64,000 nt of DNA. Origin: Nemertoderma westbladi (Eukaryota; Animalia; Xenacoelomorpha). Below, piece by piece: positions 1 to 12,405 of the stretch (positions are counted from its first letter, which is position 1; each line of letters begins with the position of its first letter). The stretch is from positions 1 through 64,000 of the forward strand of contig JAUCBJ010004767.1 of NCBI GenBank assembly GCA_032718475.1, given 5' to 3'. The notes beneath the pieces are model-generated. The model worked only from the letters and a program-made list of their open reading frames with translations, made no database searches and was not told the origin of the DNA. The translations under genes were made by a program, and so were the position numbers.

Positions 1-1343
1 AATTAACATACTGTATAAATATATACTATATAAATATTATAAGCAATGTTTGAATTGAAGTTGAGTTAGAACATTTAAATGCAATGAGTTAATGAGGACC
101 CGGACTATGGTAATATTGGTTTAACATCAGCCGACTGCATCGCGCAAGTAGCTTCTCCGTAGTTATTTCGTCGTCTATGTATTCTTCCCAATGTTGTTGT
201 AGCTTTCCCTCCGCTTTCTTTACATTAGCCCGTTGGTGTCGTATGACTGCCGACTGGCTTACAAGAGTCACCTGTAATGGGACCATCGCCGCCTCTCGGT
301 GGAGAAGCTCCAACAGTGTGTAGAACGGGAGGTGGTCTCGTTCAGCTCGTGTATTCAATCTCCGATGCCACCCTTCAACATCGTTATTAGTCCGAATACT
401 ACGACGGAATACCGACCACGAGTCGACGGTCCAAACTGCGTCTTGCAGCCACGTCTTTCTGATGTATGTGACCAGATTCATAATGGGCACTACACCTACC
501 GCCCTAGCTTCCAAGGTATCTAAGGTGGTCGGAATGTGTTCGTGTGGCAGATAAGGGAGCGCCAACAGCTTTCGTAAGAAGCGGTAAGTGTCGCCGTGCT
601 CCAGGTATACTGGCCGCAACCCCACGTCTGTCAACTTCTTAAACACTGCCTTGGTCCAGTGGAAATTACACCCACGTACAACCACATCTTTAAACACAAT
701 ACGTGCCGCCTTCCACGCCGCTTTCTCAAAGTCTGCCACCAATTCAACCAAGGCATACTCTTGCAGGATTGCGTGGAGTTCACTGAACACCTGAAATTCA
801 AAATACTGTATATTAAACGATGTACAGTTATAATGTACACGTTGTGGGGTCTTCGAGCAGCACGTGTTCAAATGTTCAATGACTGAGCAGCGACTAATTA
901 ACAAATTTATGAGAGATTCATTGACCAGCTACCGACAGACCAATATTGTGACATATATTTTAGTTTAATGTTTGATTCAATTAGAGGCACAAATTAAAAA
1001 GGCTACAAATATATAGGGGTGAATAATTAAATTAGTCACCCATTTAGGCTTAAAAGGTAGCCAAATATAAGTTGCAATCTATATAAATTTTTGAATTCAG
1101 TAGTGTGGGTGTGTTGTGTATTGATTCCGTAGATTTCATGTTGAAATAGCGTTCATTAATTTAATTTCTATTTAATGATTCATGCATACTAATACACACA
1201 TTAAATTAGTTCGCGTGTGTTAAGTGTGTAAGATTTGATTGTTTCGTCACGAAACCATTAGGGCACAGAAACTGACGGATTCTTCGCGAATTTCGCAAAC
1301 GTCGCAAACTTCGGGAATTTGTTCTACAATTTTGACTCCTTAA

Positions 1344-1711
1344 GCAAAAGGGTCCCGAATGAGTTTTTTAACCTTTATTTTTTGTGATTTTGAGTGCTTT
1401 TTTTATACTAGTGAATATTCTAGAACCTTAGTAGATTTTTAATGGTATATAGCTAGTATTTTTTACTAGCTAGTAATTTTTGGAAATTATTTTCAACAGT
1501 TATTCAACAGTTTAACCTGAAATATCACGGACTTTCACATTTTTTATAATTTCAAAAAATACTAGCGAGCAAAAAAACACTAGCTATCATAAAAAACATA
1601 TCTACTAATGTTGTAGAACTTTCACCAATACCAAAAAAATTAAAAAACTCTAAAAAAGGATTGGTGAAAAATGGCTGGGGTGTCGACAGGGCGAAGTAGG
1701 GACCGTGTTGC
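1344..1711. mobile_element. TTAA-flanked foldback MITE inside the transposase intron
   Basis: TTAA at 1340-1343 and 1712-1715. Imperfect terminal inverted repeats GCAAAAGGGTCCC / GGGACCGTGTTGC, plus further internal inverted segments. Confidence 0.55.
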
Positions 1712-1715
1712 TTAA

Positions 1716-1783
1716 CCCCTTAGAGCCTATGACGTCCACTGCACGTCACAATGGACAGCACGCAGACGTGCAGTGGACGTCAT
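1716..1783. mobile_element. piggyBac-like terminus with internal perfect hairpin
   Basis: TTAA|CCCCTT start, then a 19-bp perfect inverted repeat ATGACGTCCACTGCACGTC (1729-1747) / GACGTGCAGTGGACGTCAT (1765-1783). No partner end found. Confidence 0.4.
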
Positions 1784-1864
1784 GCTGGAATACATGTTTT
1801 ATTGGAAGGCTCTTGGAGTAGGTATACTGGTGGATAGTATTAATGACAACCACAGTACAGTAGT

Positions 1865-2405
1865 ACAGACTGGCAGTAAGACCGACAGACAGACAGACTA
1901 GATTTATGTAAACGTGTAAACTGACATCAAAAATGAAATCAGCAACCCTTAAAACCACCATAGCGAGAATGTTGGTTAGTTAGTATACTTTCTTAAGTTT
2001 TCACAGACTGACTGACAGAAAGACCGACAGCCAGACAGACTAGATTTTTTTAAACGTGAAAACTGACATCTGAAATAAAATTAGCACCCATTAAAACCCC
2101 CATAACGAGAATGTTAGTTAGTTTGTATTATTTTTTAAGTTTTGACAGACTGACTGACTGACAGAAATACCGACATACAGACAGACTATATTTATGTAAA
2201 CCTGAAAACTGACATCAGAAATGAAATCAGCACCCCTTAAAACCCCAATAGCGAGAATGTTAGTTAATTTGAATTCTCTTTTATGTTTTGACAGACTGAC
2301 TGACAGAAAGACCGACAGACAGACAGACTAGATTTATGTAAACGTGAAAACTGACATCAGAAATGTAATCAGCACTCCTTAAAACCCCCATAGTGAGAAT
2401 GTTAG
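1865..2405. repeat. Tandem repeat, about 145-bp unit, about 4 copies, containing (GACA)n
   Basis: Recurrent agacagactagatttatgtaaacgtgaaaactgacatcagaaatgaaatcagcacccttaaaacccc-atagcgagaatgttag. Confidence 0.85.
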
Positions 2406-3129
2406 CGACAAGTTTTAATTATTAACCATATTTCGTAAGATATATTTTAAAACATTTATTTATTAATAATGCAATAACTGAATAACCAGATAACGGAACG
2501 ACAAACCGAATTGAAACTTTTAATTACTAATAATAATTGTGGTGAGAGGTGATGGAAATCAAGGATATATGTTGTTATGTTATGGAGCACGCGTTGGTAG
2601 GCACAGGCAATGAATTGATGTCTGTTGAGATGTATTGAAGGAGCACTATTCCTTCATTAGTAATAATATTAATGTCATTGAATAACTGATACCTAAACAC
2701 ACACACACACCCCCGTCAGCCAGTTCTATGGAGAGTGAGTGAATGTTTAGGGAATTAATGCTATCCTACCATCCCCAACCAGCAGCAGTCTGCCTCTAAC
2801 AGGCCAGGACATTCTCAGCGTTGCTAAGACACGGGAAGGAATTACTCCGTATTGACTGTCATTAGATGGTTAGAGCCTGCGTGTGAATTAATTGATAAAA
2901 ATGCAATTTTAATTGTAAATCAATAAATAACTATAAAACTTGACATTAATCTCGAGTATAAAGTAAAGACTTTGATAGAATGGGACACGGCGAATCTACC
3001 CATGTTAATTTTATACCAGATGGGATAAATGTTACCCCCCTAAATAATTAATTACCGATAGAAGAATCGAAATAATTCAATTCAACCATACAATTTAACT
3101 GAAGATATTAACTTCGATTATGGCTACCG

Positions 3130-3142
3130 ACACACACACACA

Positions 3143-3197
<55 letters not shown>

Positions 3198-3203
3198 CAC
3201 ACA
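3130..3203. repeat. (CA)n microsatellite
   Basis: Seen directly. Confidence 0.95.
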
Positions 3204-3974
3204 GACTTTTGAGAAACGGCCATAGTATAATTATATCAGTTCGCTGATGGCTCGCCATACGTGTCTCGCCCCACATCTACATACAATGATACACCCACAT
3301 ACTTTTAGGAGACTATTGTATACCCCTAAATACTAAATAGTTTTGTCCTTTACATTCACAAAAATTAAAATAAACAAAGTAACTGCAGGTCGTGGTATAG
3401 TTTGAGCTATAGAGTTACAGTAGGACACGGCGGCCCCTTTACTGTATAACGAATACTCTCACTATACATACAAAATCTACTGTACAATTTTATAAATTGT
3501 GTTCAAAATATTCATACTATAACTAACCTTGACATAATAGGGGTTTGACGTCTGGACATAACGCAGAATGTCAGTGCCACTTGTTTCATGATGCTATCCT
3601 TGCGGACAAACGCATGGATAGACATCAGTTGGGCAAATGGTTCCTTCACCACCCTGAATGTACCATCGATATAACACGTTCATCACTTATAAGGTATATG
3701 TACAAACATCACTTCGTTATATTAAAATTTTGGAATAAAACTACATACATACTTGTTGCAAAGTACTTTACAGTGTTCTGATCCTCGTGGCTTTATTTTC
3801 AATCACTCACTAACATTCGTTCGTGTAACAAAGCCACTCGGATCATCACATTGTAAAGTGCTACTTTACACACAAGTATGTAAATAGTTAAATTTATTTT
3901 GTACCACTATATCGCTGTACGTTTTATTAAAGAATTAAGCAACAAAAAAGCACCAATTTAAGAATTAAATTACG

Positions 3975-4107
3975 TATTACATGGGTAAAAAACGTGGAAC
4001 ATTTTTTTTCAATATTCTCTCGGCCCTTTATTAACCTCGCTGACGCTCGGTAAATAAAATGCCTCGAGAATAGTGAAAAAAAGTTCTACTTTTTTTCCCA
4101 TGTAATA
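3975..4107. mobile_element. Short palindromic MITE-like element
   Basis: tattacatgggtaaaaaa...ttttttcccatgtaata, with imperfect arms over most of the length. Confidence 0.6.
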
Positions 4108-4520
4108 AATAATTATGTTTTTAAAATGAACACTACTTTACCTGAATTCCCACACTTCCGATGCTGCCATCGACTACACTCATCGCATTGCAGGGCTTCC
4201 TGCCTCCTTCCAACAATCCGTAGACAAACGACACAGTTATCTTCCATTGTACAGAAAATCAAAATCAAGAAAAATACAGCAACAACAAGACGAGTAATCA
4301 AAATAAACGAAAGGCAGTAATGGATAAGAGCAAAATGAATTGCAATATAAAAGCAAGGCATGTGGTAATATAATATACAGCTGTATAAGCAATATGTCTT
4401 TGAGCTACAGAGCTAGTCTGTTTCCACCAATAGGATGACTTGGATGAGGGCGCCCTTTGGGCCTCCCTTGGAGGCCGTGTCTTTCGACTGGTTGTGGCCT
4501 GGCTATACTACGTTAAGGGC

Positions 4521-4655
4521 GACCCGACCCGACCCGACCCGACCCGACCCGACCCGACCCGACCCGACCCGACCCGACCCGACCCGACCCGACCCGACCC
4601 GACCCGACCCGACCCGACCCGACCCGACCCGACCCGACCCGACCCGACCAGACCC
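4521..4655. repeat. (GACCC)n pentamer array, about 27 units; possibly a subterminal repeat of the MULE
   Basis: Seen directly; lies about 270 bp upstream of the transposase ATG. Confidence 0.95.
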
Positions 4656-6760
4656 TCTGCAAACGTAACATTTATTCCCGAACCCTTCCCTCCCCATAGT
4701 AATATGTGTTGAACAGACCCTTAGAGTTGCAATTAAGGACTGTAATCAGTTAACATAAACATACAGTATTAACCTTATTACATTACTTCAGTTCAGTTTC
4801 CGTTCTTAGTTAGAACGATACGTTCTACGCATTGTACATGTACGTAAATAGTTATTAGATAGATTTTTGACAAACATACGATTATGACTGTTTTACTATA
4901 ATCTAATACGTAACTCAAATTCTCTCACTGTATATCTATAATAATACAGTAATTATAATAGAACAACACACCTTACCGTATTATTTTATTTCTTCTTATA
5001 ATAATGTCCAATGCCATAACAAGGCTTAGTAGGCTTCCCTGTAAATATATAAATAAATGATTAATATTGACTTGCGGCCAGTAGGCCTACCGTTCTGCCT
5101 TTATCTGTTTATTTAGATATTCTTTGAAGTTTGAAATAGAATGATCAATAGCAGAAAAGTCTGATAGCAGGATAGTTGAACATTTAAATAGTTCGCATCT
5201 ACTACTGTACTGTAACTGTACTACAGTACTACCAGACTACCGACAGACCGGTATCAGTACTATCTTACTTACCGGTTCTGACTACCGGTACAGGCTGACA
5301 GGACTAATTATTGCTAATAACAAGTTTTATTGTTGGATGTTGTACTGTAGTTAACATTTCTGTAAGTTTTATTTTTCTTAAGAGGAGGAAACAGTCGCCA
5401 CAACAGATGCTATAGTTGCCACCACGGGGGACATCATTACATTATCTCGGAGGTCGAGACCACGCAGACCCGCCCCATCGCCAAAGCCAAGAGATCGCCA
5501 TGGACGACGACCACCCCTTAGGCAGAGCGAGCTGGATCTGAGGAGGGCGAATTAGATCCTCCTACGGACTCCTCCAAGTACCCCAGCAAAGCCGCACTCC
5601 CGCATTACGTTGGTCGCGCTCTATATGTACATGCACATATATATGCACACATATACAGGTATCAGAATCATATATGTATGTATGTTTTTGAGCATAAACC
5701 AAGCAATCTGCAAATGTTTTTACTTCATATGTGGTTAGCAGGGTACAGTACATTACAGCATTACATACTGTAGTTATAATAAAGACATTTTTTCATTTTT
5801 TTCCATTTATAGTGAATGATTGTTATTTAATAAATATGTGGTGTTCAGATTTTATACAGTAATTATTTTAAATATCCTAAGGCGGGGGCCGGGGGGGGGG
5901 GGGGGGGGGGGGGGGCTGGAAGCAAATCCCGTCTTGGCGATTTGATATCTTGTTTAAATGTTAACGCATCATTACTTACAAAATATTTACGTCACCATAG
6001 TATTAATTGTACAGAAAACACATACCAATTATGGTAGTAATATTTTACACAAAACCTCCAATGAAATGACAGAATTCAGTGTCTCTCTTTTGGCCAATGA
6101 GAAGCAAGCTTGATTATCATTAGAACTAACTGTCAGCACTGCTTTATACAAGGAACGACTTATTTCAGTGTATTTACATGCATTCATTTCTTCATCAATC
6201 ATTCTGCACCGTGCCATAGTTGTACTGTTGTTGTCTGCACCTCCTACACCACTCTTAGTTCTGCAATGCTGTCCTGTAATGTTGTATCACTTTCTGTTTT
6301 ATGGAAGGTCTTTACTGTTACAGTGCTAACCTTTCCACCAGTAGGCCTACAGATTTTAACGAACGCTCCAATAATTACCCTAAGGAAAGATCGAACTCCC
6401 TATTCTGTGTACCAGTATTGATATCATACCTGCTAAAGCATAGACAGAGACGAAGATTAACCCAATCAGCCAATCAGTTATTCACAATCATCATCCGAAT
6501 AGGCAGGCTAACGCTTATCAGATTTACTCAGGGAAGTGATGCAGATGTTTCATTTCCTAATAGGGGTGTAGAGTCCTAAAAAGAGGCAATTGCCAAACTT
6601 TGGATATCGTACGTTTTTAATCGCACATACTGACTGACATACTGTACAGTAGGATACACTATATATACCGGTACCAGTACTGTCAGGCTGTACACATATT
6701 AATAAACTCTTTATATCGGAAATCGGAGTTGATCGGTGCTTCATAAAACTATTGACACTC

Positions 6761-7865
6761 ATGGAAGCATCAAGACGACCATCTAGGAGTATTACAAACA
6801 CTCCACCACGTTCGACTTCCACCCGTCATCACCCTGTGGCTAACAACAAAAAAAACAAACGAAAGAGCATCGAGTGGAAACATACAAGCATCGAATGTAG
6901 CCTATGTACTTCTACCTGGACGGAGATACATGTTCCCTTGGACAAGGACACTAGTGGTAGAGAGTTCATATGCGGCTTCTGTTCTGCTGACTTTATGGCA
7001 AAATGTTAACTGGGTTCAATAAAGGTAGATGACCTGGATGCCGCAATTTCCCAACGGGTGACAGCTAATGTCACAACTATGATGGAAGATGATGCTGGTC
7101 CAAAGAGACTGGTGGCAATGGATGAACTTTCAACTTTACGGGCCGAAGTCGATGTTCGGTTTGGATGATTATGAATCAACACAGGCAGAAGTCCAGTCCA
7201 AACTGGAGGAGCTTGAGACTGCATCTAAGATAACAACTGCGGCTGCACGGTCTGGGGGGGAGACGTTAGGATTTACGGAGAACAATGAAGCTGGAGAAAA
7301 TCAAAGTTCCTGGACTGATGTGGTGAAGAAAAACAGAGTGCAGCTGCAACACCTGCAGGATACAGTTGCTAAATACCAATCGAATGCCGCAGCTTCCGCT
7401 ACTATTGAGAAAGTAATCCACCTAAATGACAAGAGGAAACTTAACGTCATTATCCATCGTGTTCCGGGTGACAACCAGGCAAACACAGTAAGCCAACAGC
7501 GAAAACTTGACGAAGTTTACTTAGAAAATAATCTGCACGAAAAGTTGCCTTTTCGGGGAATTCTAAGACTGGGAAAACACCGAGACAATGGCTCTCCACA
7601 TCCACTTTTACTCGCATTTAACTCTATTGAGGAAGCCAATACAGTTCTCTCCAGGAGATCTTTCGTAGTTGGGGACCTCCGCTTATATTTCGATCGTGAC
7701 CTGTCAAAGTTTGAGCGGGAAGCTGAGTTTAAATTGAGAGAAAGGCGGCGGGAACTCCAACGGCCCCGTCGTTTAGCTGCTAATCCGATTTCTGAATCTG
7801 ACAATGTCATGACGCCTACTGTATATGCGATCAGGTTGACTGACTATACTCTGGAAATAATGTGA
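6761..7865 (+). pseudogene. CR1-type LINE ORF1 (PHD-like Cys motif, coiled coil, RRM-like), frameshifted
   Basis: CSLC...FICGFC motif, then RKLNVIIHRVP..ILRLGK..PHPLLLAF..YFDRDLSKFER, typical of CR1/L2 ORF1. Split across frames near 7007-7170. Confidence 0.75.
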
Positions 7866-9865
7866 CTGGGAGTGGTATCATTGCTAAGGAGTCAAATAAA
7901 TACAAAACCAAAATAATTTACACTAATGCGGACAATCTTTTAAATAAGATGACTGAACTCAAAGCTTTAGCTGCAACAATTTCGCCAGACTTAATTGCTG
8001 TTACAGAAACACTACCAAAAAACTATTATAAGTCAGCCATTGATGACAGTTGTTACTCCATACAAGGGTATAATGTGTTTTCCAATTTACTGCAACCCTC
8101 ATGTGAACGTGGAGTGTTGGTCTACTACAATGAGAACATGAGCTGCAGTGAGTACGAGACCAAGGAGCTTTCCACTAAATCCGATGATGGTGTTGAATCA
8201 GTCTGGATCTCCATATCATCTGGGAGTTCTAGAGACACGATTCTTGGATGTATTTATCGCAGCGGTAACCCAAAGTACTTCAACAATTGTCTACAGGTGG
8301 CAGACCTAATTGGTCATATCTGTACATCCAATAGACACAGCGATATAATCATGGTTGGCGACTTTAACATGCCTAATACGGACTGGGAAACTCTATCATC
8401 GTGTGATACTGGAGAAAATATTTTGTTGTCAAGCATCCAGGACAACTATCTCTTACAACATGTGGATCGACCCACACGGTTCCGACATGGTCAAACTCCG
8501 AATCTACTGGACTTAGTACTATCAAACAATGAATATTCCCTCGAACCGCTTGTTTATCACCCTCCCCTAGGTGCGAGTGACCACAGTGTAATTGAGTTCG
8601 ATGTGACAATTGCAAGTTCTGGAATAGTTCATACCAACACTAGACAATGTTATAACTTCGCGAAAGCAGACTTCACCCGCATCCGGTTGGACTTAACATT
8701 GACAAATTGGTCTAGACATCTCACAGATATGGATGTCCAATCATTGTGGTCCATGATCCACAGCAGGATATCAACATCATGTGAGAAACACATTCCAAAA
8801 GTTAAGCTTCGGAAAAGTGGGAATAATCCGCCTCAGTGGATGACAAGAGAAATTGGATCACTAATAAGAAATAAAAGGAATCTGTGGGGCTCTCACAGAC
8901 ATTATCAGAGTGATACATCTTACTCAAGATACAAAACAGCTAGGAACGAATGCACAATTCGAATCAGGGACGCACAACATAACTATGAAAAGGAGATTGC
9001 GAGGAAAGCATCCGTAAACTCTAAAGAATTCTGGAAGTTCATACAATCTAAACGTAAAACAAAGGCTGGTGTCTACGACCTAAAGGACACTAATGGAAAA
9101 CTGGTGACTACTAGTGAAGATAAAGCTACTGTTCTCAACATACATTACAGCTCAATTGCAACAGTTGAGGATACCAGTATAATACCATCTGTTTTGCATC
9201 CATATATTTATAAACACCAGTTAACGACTGTTGAATTCACACCATCTATAGTGTCTGAAGCGATCATGAAATCGAAACAATCTGGTGCGCCAGGCCCTGA
9301 TGGAATATACCCAATAATGCTCAAAGAGCTTTCCGCTGAACTTGCTGGGCCGCTTTCAAATCTGTTCCACAAATCCATGACCACCGAAACTATTCCTAAT
9401 GAATGGAAATTAGCCAATATCACCCCAATTTTTAAGAATGGCTTTAAGTATGACCCAGTCAACTACAGACAGGTGAGTCTGACGTCTGTAGTCGCAAAAC
9501 TCATGGAGCGCATTGTAGCAGATGTAATGTGGGGACATTACAAGGATAATTTCCTTTTAACAAACTCACAATATGGATTTCGCAAGGGTCGATCTTGTTG
9601 CCTCCAACTACTGGATGCTATTTACACCTGGTCACTGGCATTAGACAAACGCGAGTGTGTTGATATTGCCTACTTAGACTTTTCTAAGGCATTTGATTTA
9701 GTTCCGCACAGACGGCTTCTGAGTAAATTGGAGTCCCTTGGAATATCAGGTAACTTACTGGGATGGATTCGCAACTTCCTAAATGGAAGATATCAGAGAG
9801 TAGTCGTTTTAACGGCAAACAGTCTGATTGGCTTCCGGTCACCAGTGGGGTTCCACAGGGGGGGA
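7862..9865 (+). pseudogene. CR1-type LINE ORF2 (AP endonuclease + reverse transcriptase), 3'-truncated
   Basis: YTNA, VTET, GCIYRS, VGDFN, LDLVL and SDH (APE); PGPDGI, NYRQVSLTS, QYGFR and YLDFSKAFD (RT). Frameshift near 9805, then TSGVPQG and an abrupt end before the YADD motif. Confidence 0.93.
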
Positions 9866-11147
9866 TAAACTCTATAATATATTTAGTATTTATTTAATAT
9901 ACTAAATATTTATTTAGTATATATTTAATATATTTATTAGGGTTTAGTGTACAGTGCTTTCCGAAAGTAATTATTGTAGGCATTATATTTGTGTTGTAAA
10001 GTGGTTGATAGGCACGTTCGATTAGCTCTATTAGCTTCTAGGTAGGAACACTCCGTGATACATAACGTAGAACCTATAGTGATACGGCTATAGGTCGTCA
10101 GGCGGTGGTATTTTCCTATCTGGACAACGCAGTGTATTTACTACTACTTATTATTTTCAAATACCGTAGTACCCTGTCCGTTGTAATAACCAGATTTCTA
10201 ACCCTTTGTTAGGCTGGTTTGTAGACTTCTTGTAAAATTACCCTAAAAATTCGTATTTTGTGTTTTTTGTAAATTTTTGTGTTTATTTAGAGATTGTAAT
10301 CTCACCCGAATTGTACGTAATCTGTAGTATTAAGTAACTTAGGTAAATTAGCATTATTTGTTTTAGTGTCCTATAAGTAACACTTCACTGAAAGCGCACC
10401 GCTTTGTGTAGTGATTACTCCCCAGAAATAATAACATTTATTTCAACATTGACAAAACCCATTAAACGGGTATATATATATTATAAATCAACTCAAACGA
10501 TTTATAAATAGTAGGCCTGCCATACAACAATTAGGTCTCAATATCAGTTGGACTACTGCTTAAATAACGGCAATAAAGTAAGTTAAGGTAACCAAGTAAC
10601 CCTTAAAATTCAGAAATTCAGTTATTTAAAATAATTGATATACCGGTATTTACAATAGGCTTATTATATTTATTTCTATAAATTTTAGGTTGAAATCATA
10701 CCGGTATTCTGTAATTAATTCTAGTTTGTAATTATACTTATATATATACACTATAAGTGTAAACTGCATACCGGTATTTACGATAGGCCTATTATCTTTA
10801 TTTCTATAAATTTAGGCTGAAATTATACCGGTACTTTATAATTAATTCTAGTCCAGAATTATACTTATATATGCTACAAACTGTAAGCTGTATACCGGTA
10901 TTCCCGATAGGCCTATTATATATTTATATATATTTGTGCTAAAATTACACCGGTATTCTGTGATAAAACTAGTCTGTAATAATACTTATATATACTATAA
11001 GCATACCGGTATTCTAATATATTATATATATCACGCTACGCTGAGTAGCAGTATCGGTAATTAATTACTAGGCTAGCAGTTAATACTGAATTACTAGACT
11101 TGCTTAGACTGTAATATAGCAGTAGGCATCCAACTGTACAAACGGAC

Positions 11148-12356
11148 ATGTCTGACACAAGGCAAACTCTGTCAGATAGTCTCCTAGAAACAACAGTCTG
11201 TTTATCAGATAGGAGTATAGAGAATCCCAGACCGAGGTCTGAAACCCCTCCTACTGTAAGAAAGACAACCCCTACAGTAGCTGTGTCAGAACCTAGGTTA
11301 GTAGAAGCAATTTCGCAATTCGCGAAGTTAGTGAAGCGCCGTAGGTCTATCATCGGTACTCGGGCCCAAGTTAAGCGGGATCAAGAAGCAGCTGCCAAAC
11401 AGCAGCAACCTCCTAGCCAAGAACCTAGTTCTCAGCGGCCCGAGAGCTCCAGTAGTTCGGGTGCTGTTGAGCGGACGCCCGAACGCGGAGCGAAGATGGC
11501 GGATACGGTTTATGATGAACGGCCAACCTATGAAGAATCAACCGACGCCACTTCTTCTCAAGAAGAAAGCGAAGGGACAGCGGAGGGGCCGCGAAAGAGA
11601 GATGCCATTGACATCTATCTGTCAGACTATCAACGTTTTTTAGGTGATGACGAGTTGAGGAGAAGGCTGGAGGGGCTTAGCCCTAATAGTGAAGGAACCA
11701 AGCTTGTGCTGGACGCAATCGATGCGGAAATGTTAGCGGCGAATCAAGCTAAATTCGATGAACAACTCCGCATCGCTAGAGAAAAGGAAGAACAAGTAAG
11801 GAAAAAACGTATAGAAGACAGAAAGATAGCAGCCGTGGCAGAGGCAGAAAGAAAAGCGACCTTGGCAGAAGCAGTGGCAGAGGCAAAAGCGGCAGCAGCA
11901 GAAGCCGAGGCAAAGGCAAAAGCGGCAGCAGCAGAAGCCGAGGCAAAGGCAAAAGCGGCAGCGGCAGAGGCAAAAGCGGCAGCGGTGGCGGAAGCAGAAC
12001 GGAGAGCGGCTGAAGAGATCACCCAACTGGAGTTGGAAAATCTTCAAGAGAATCAAGACTGCATAAATAAACAGTTAACAGCTAGTAATATGCAGATGAT
12101 GAATCGATCTACTCCCAAAAGACAAGGTTATACATCATCTGAGGAAGGCGATACCACCGATACTGAAGGCAAAGGAAATAGATCTCGTCTAAGCAGACGT
12201 AAAAGAACATTCCACCGTCAGAAATTGCCTGATTTGCCTCCAGCTGTTAGAAGGCAACTAAATAACACCAACTTAGGCAGTACAGAACCCACAGACCAAA
12301 TAATTAAAATAGAAAGACTCCCTACTATAGTAGATGAGCCTGAAATAATTAATTGA
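11148..12356 (+). pseudogene. Element A Gag N-terminal coiled-coil region
   Basis: Homologous to C 40812 onward, with an expanded AEAEAKAKAAA repeat. Ends at an about 0.55-kb deletion relative to C near 12350. Confidence 0.8.
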
Positions 12357-12405
12357 TAATAATCCGAGAAACTTATATACCGATAATTCTCTATTCAATA
12401 ATACG

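Larger units (their letters stand above)
89..4247 (-). pseudogene. Intron-containing Mutator-like (MULE) transposase with N-terminal PHD finger, degenerate. Exons about 4142-4247, 3528-~3680 and 89-790
   Basis: Exon 89-790 has MULE motifs DFEKAAWKAA..GCNFHW and RTNNDVEGWHRRLN after a tttcag acceptor. Hand translation of 3528-3680 gives CYIDGTFRVVKEPFAQLMSIHAFV..KQVALTFCVMSRR (first catalytic Asp), a 1-nt frameshift, then YVK|gttag, which splices in frame to VFSEL. Exon 4142-4247 gives MEDNCVVC..LQCDECSRWQHRKC|gtaaag (PHD). Confidence 0.85.

Noticed and set aside
4435-4712. PTRPD / GSGRV repeat ORFs
   Set aside because: Translations of the (GACCC)n microsatellite.
5380-5610. GC-rich coding-like patch
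   Set aside because: Short, stops early and has no recognisable motif.
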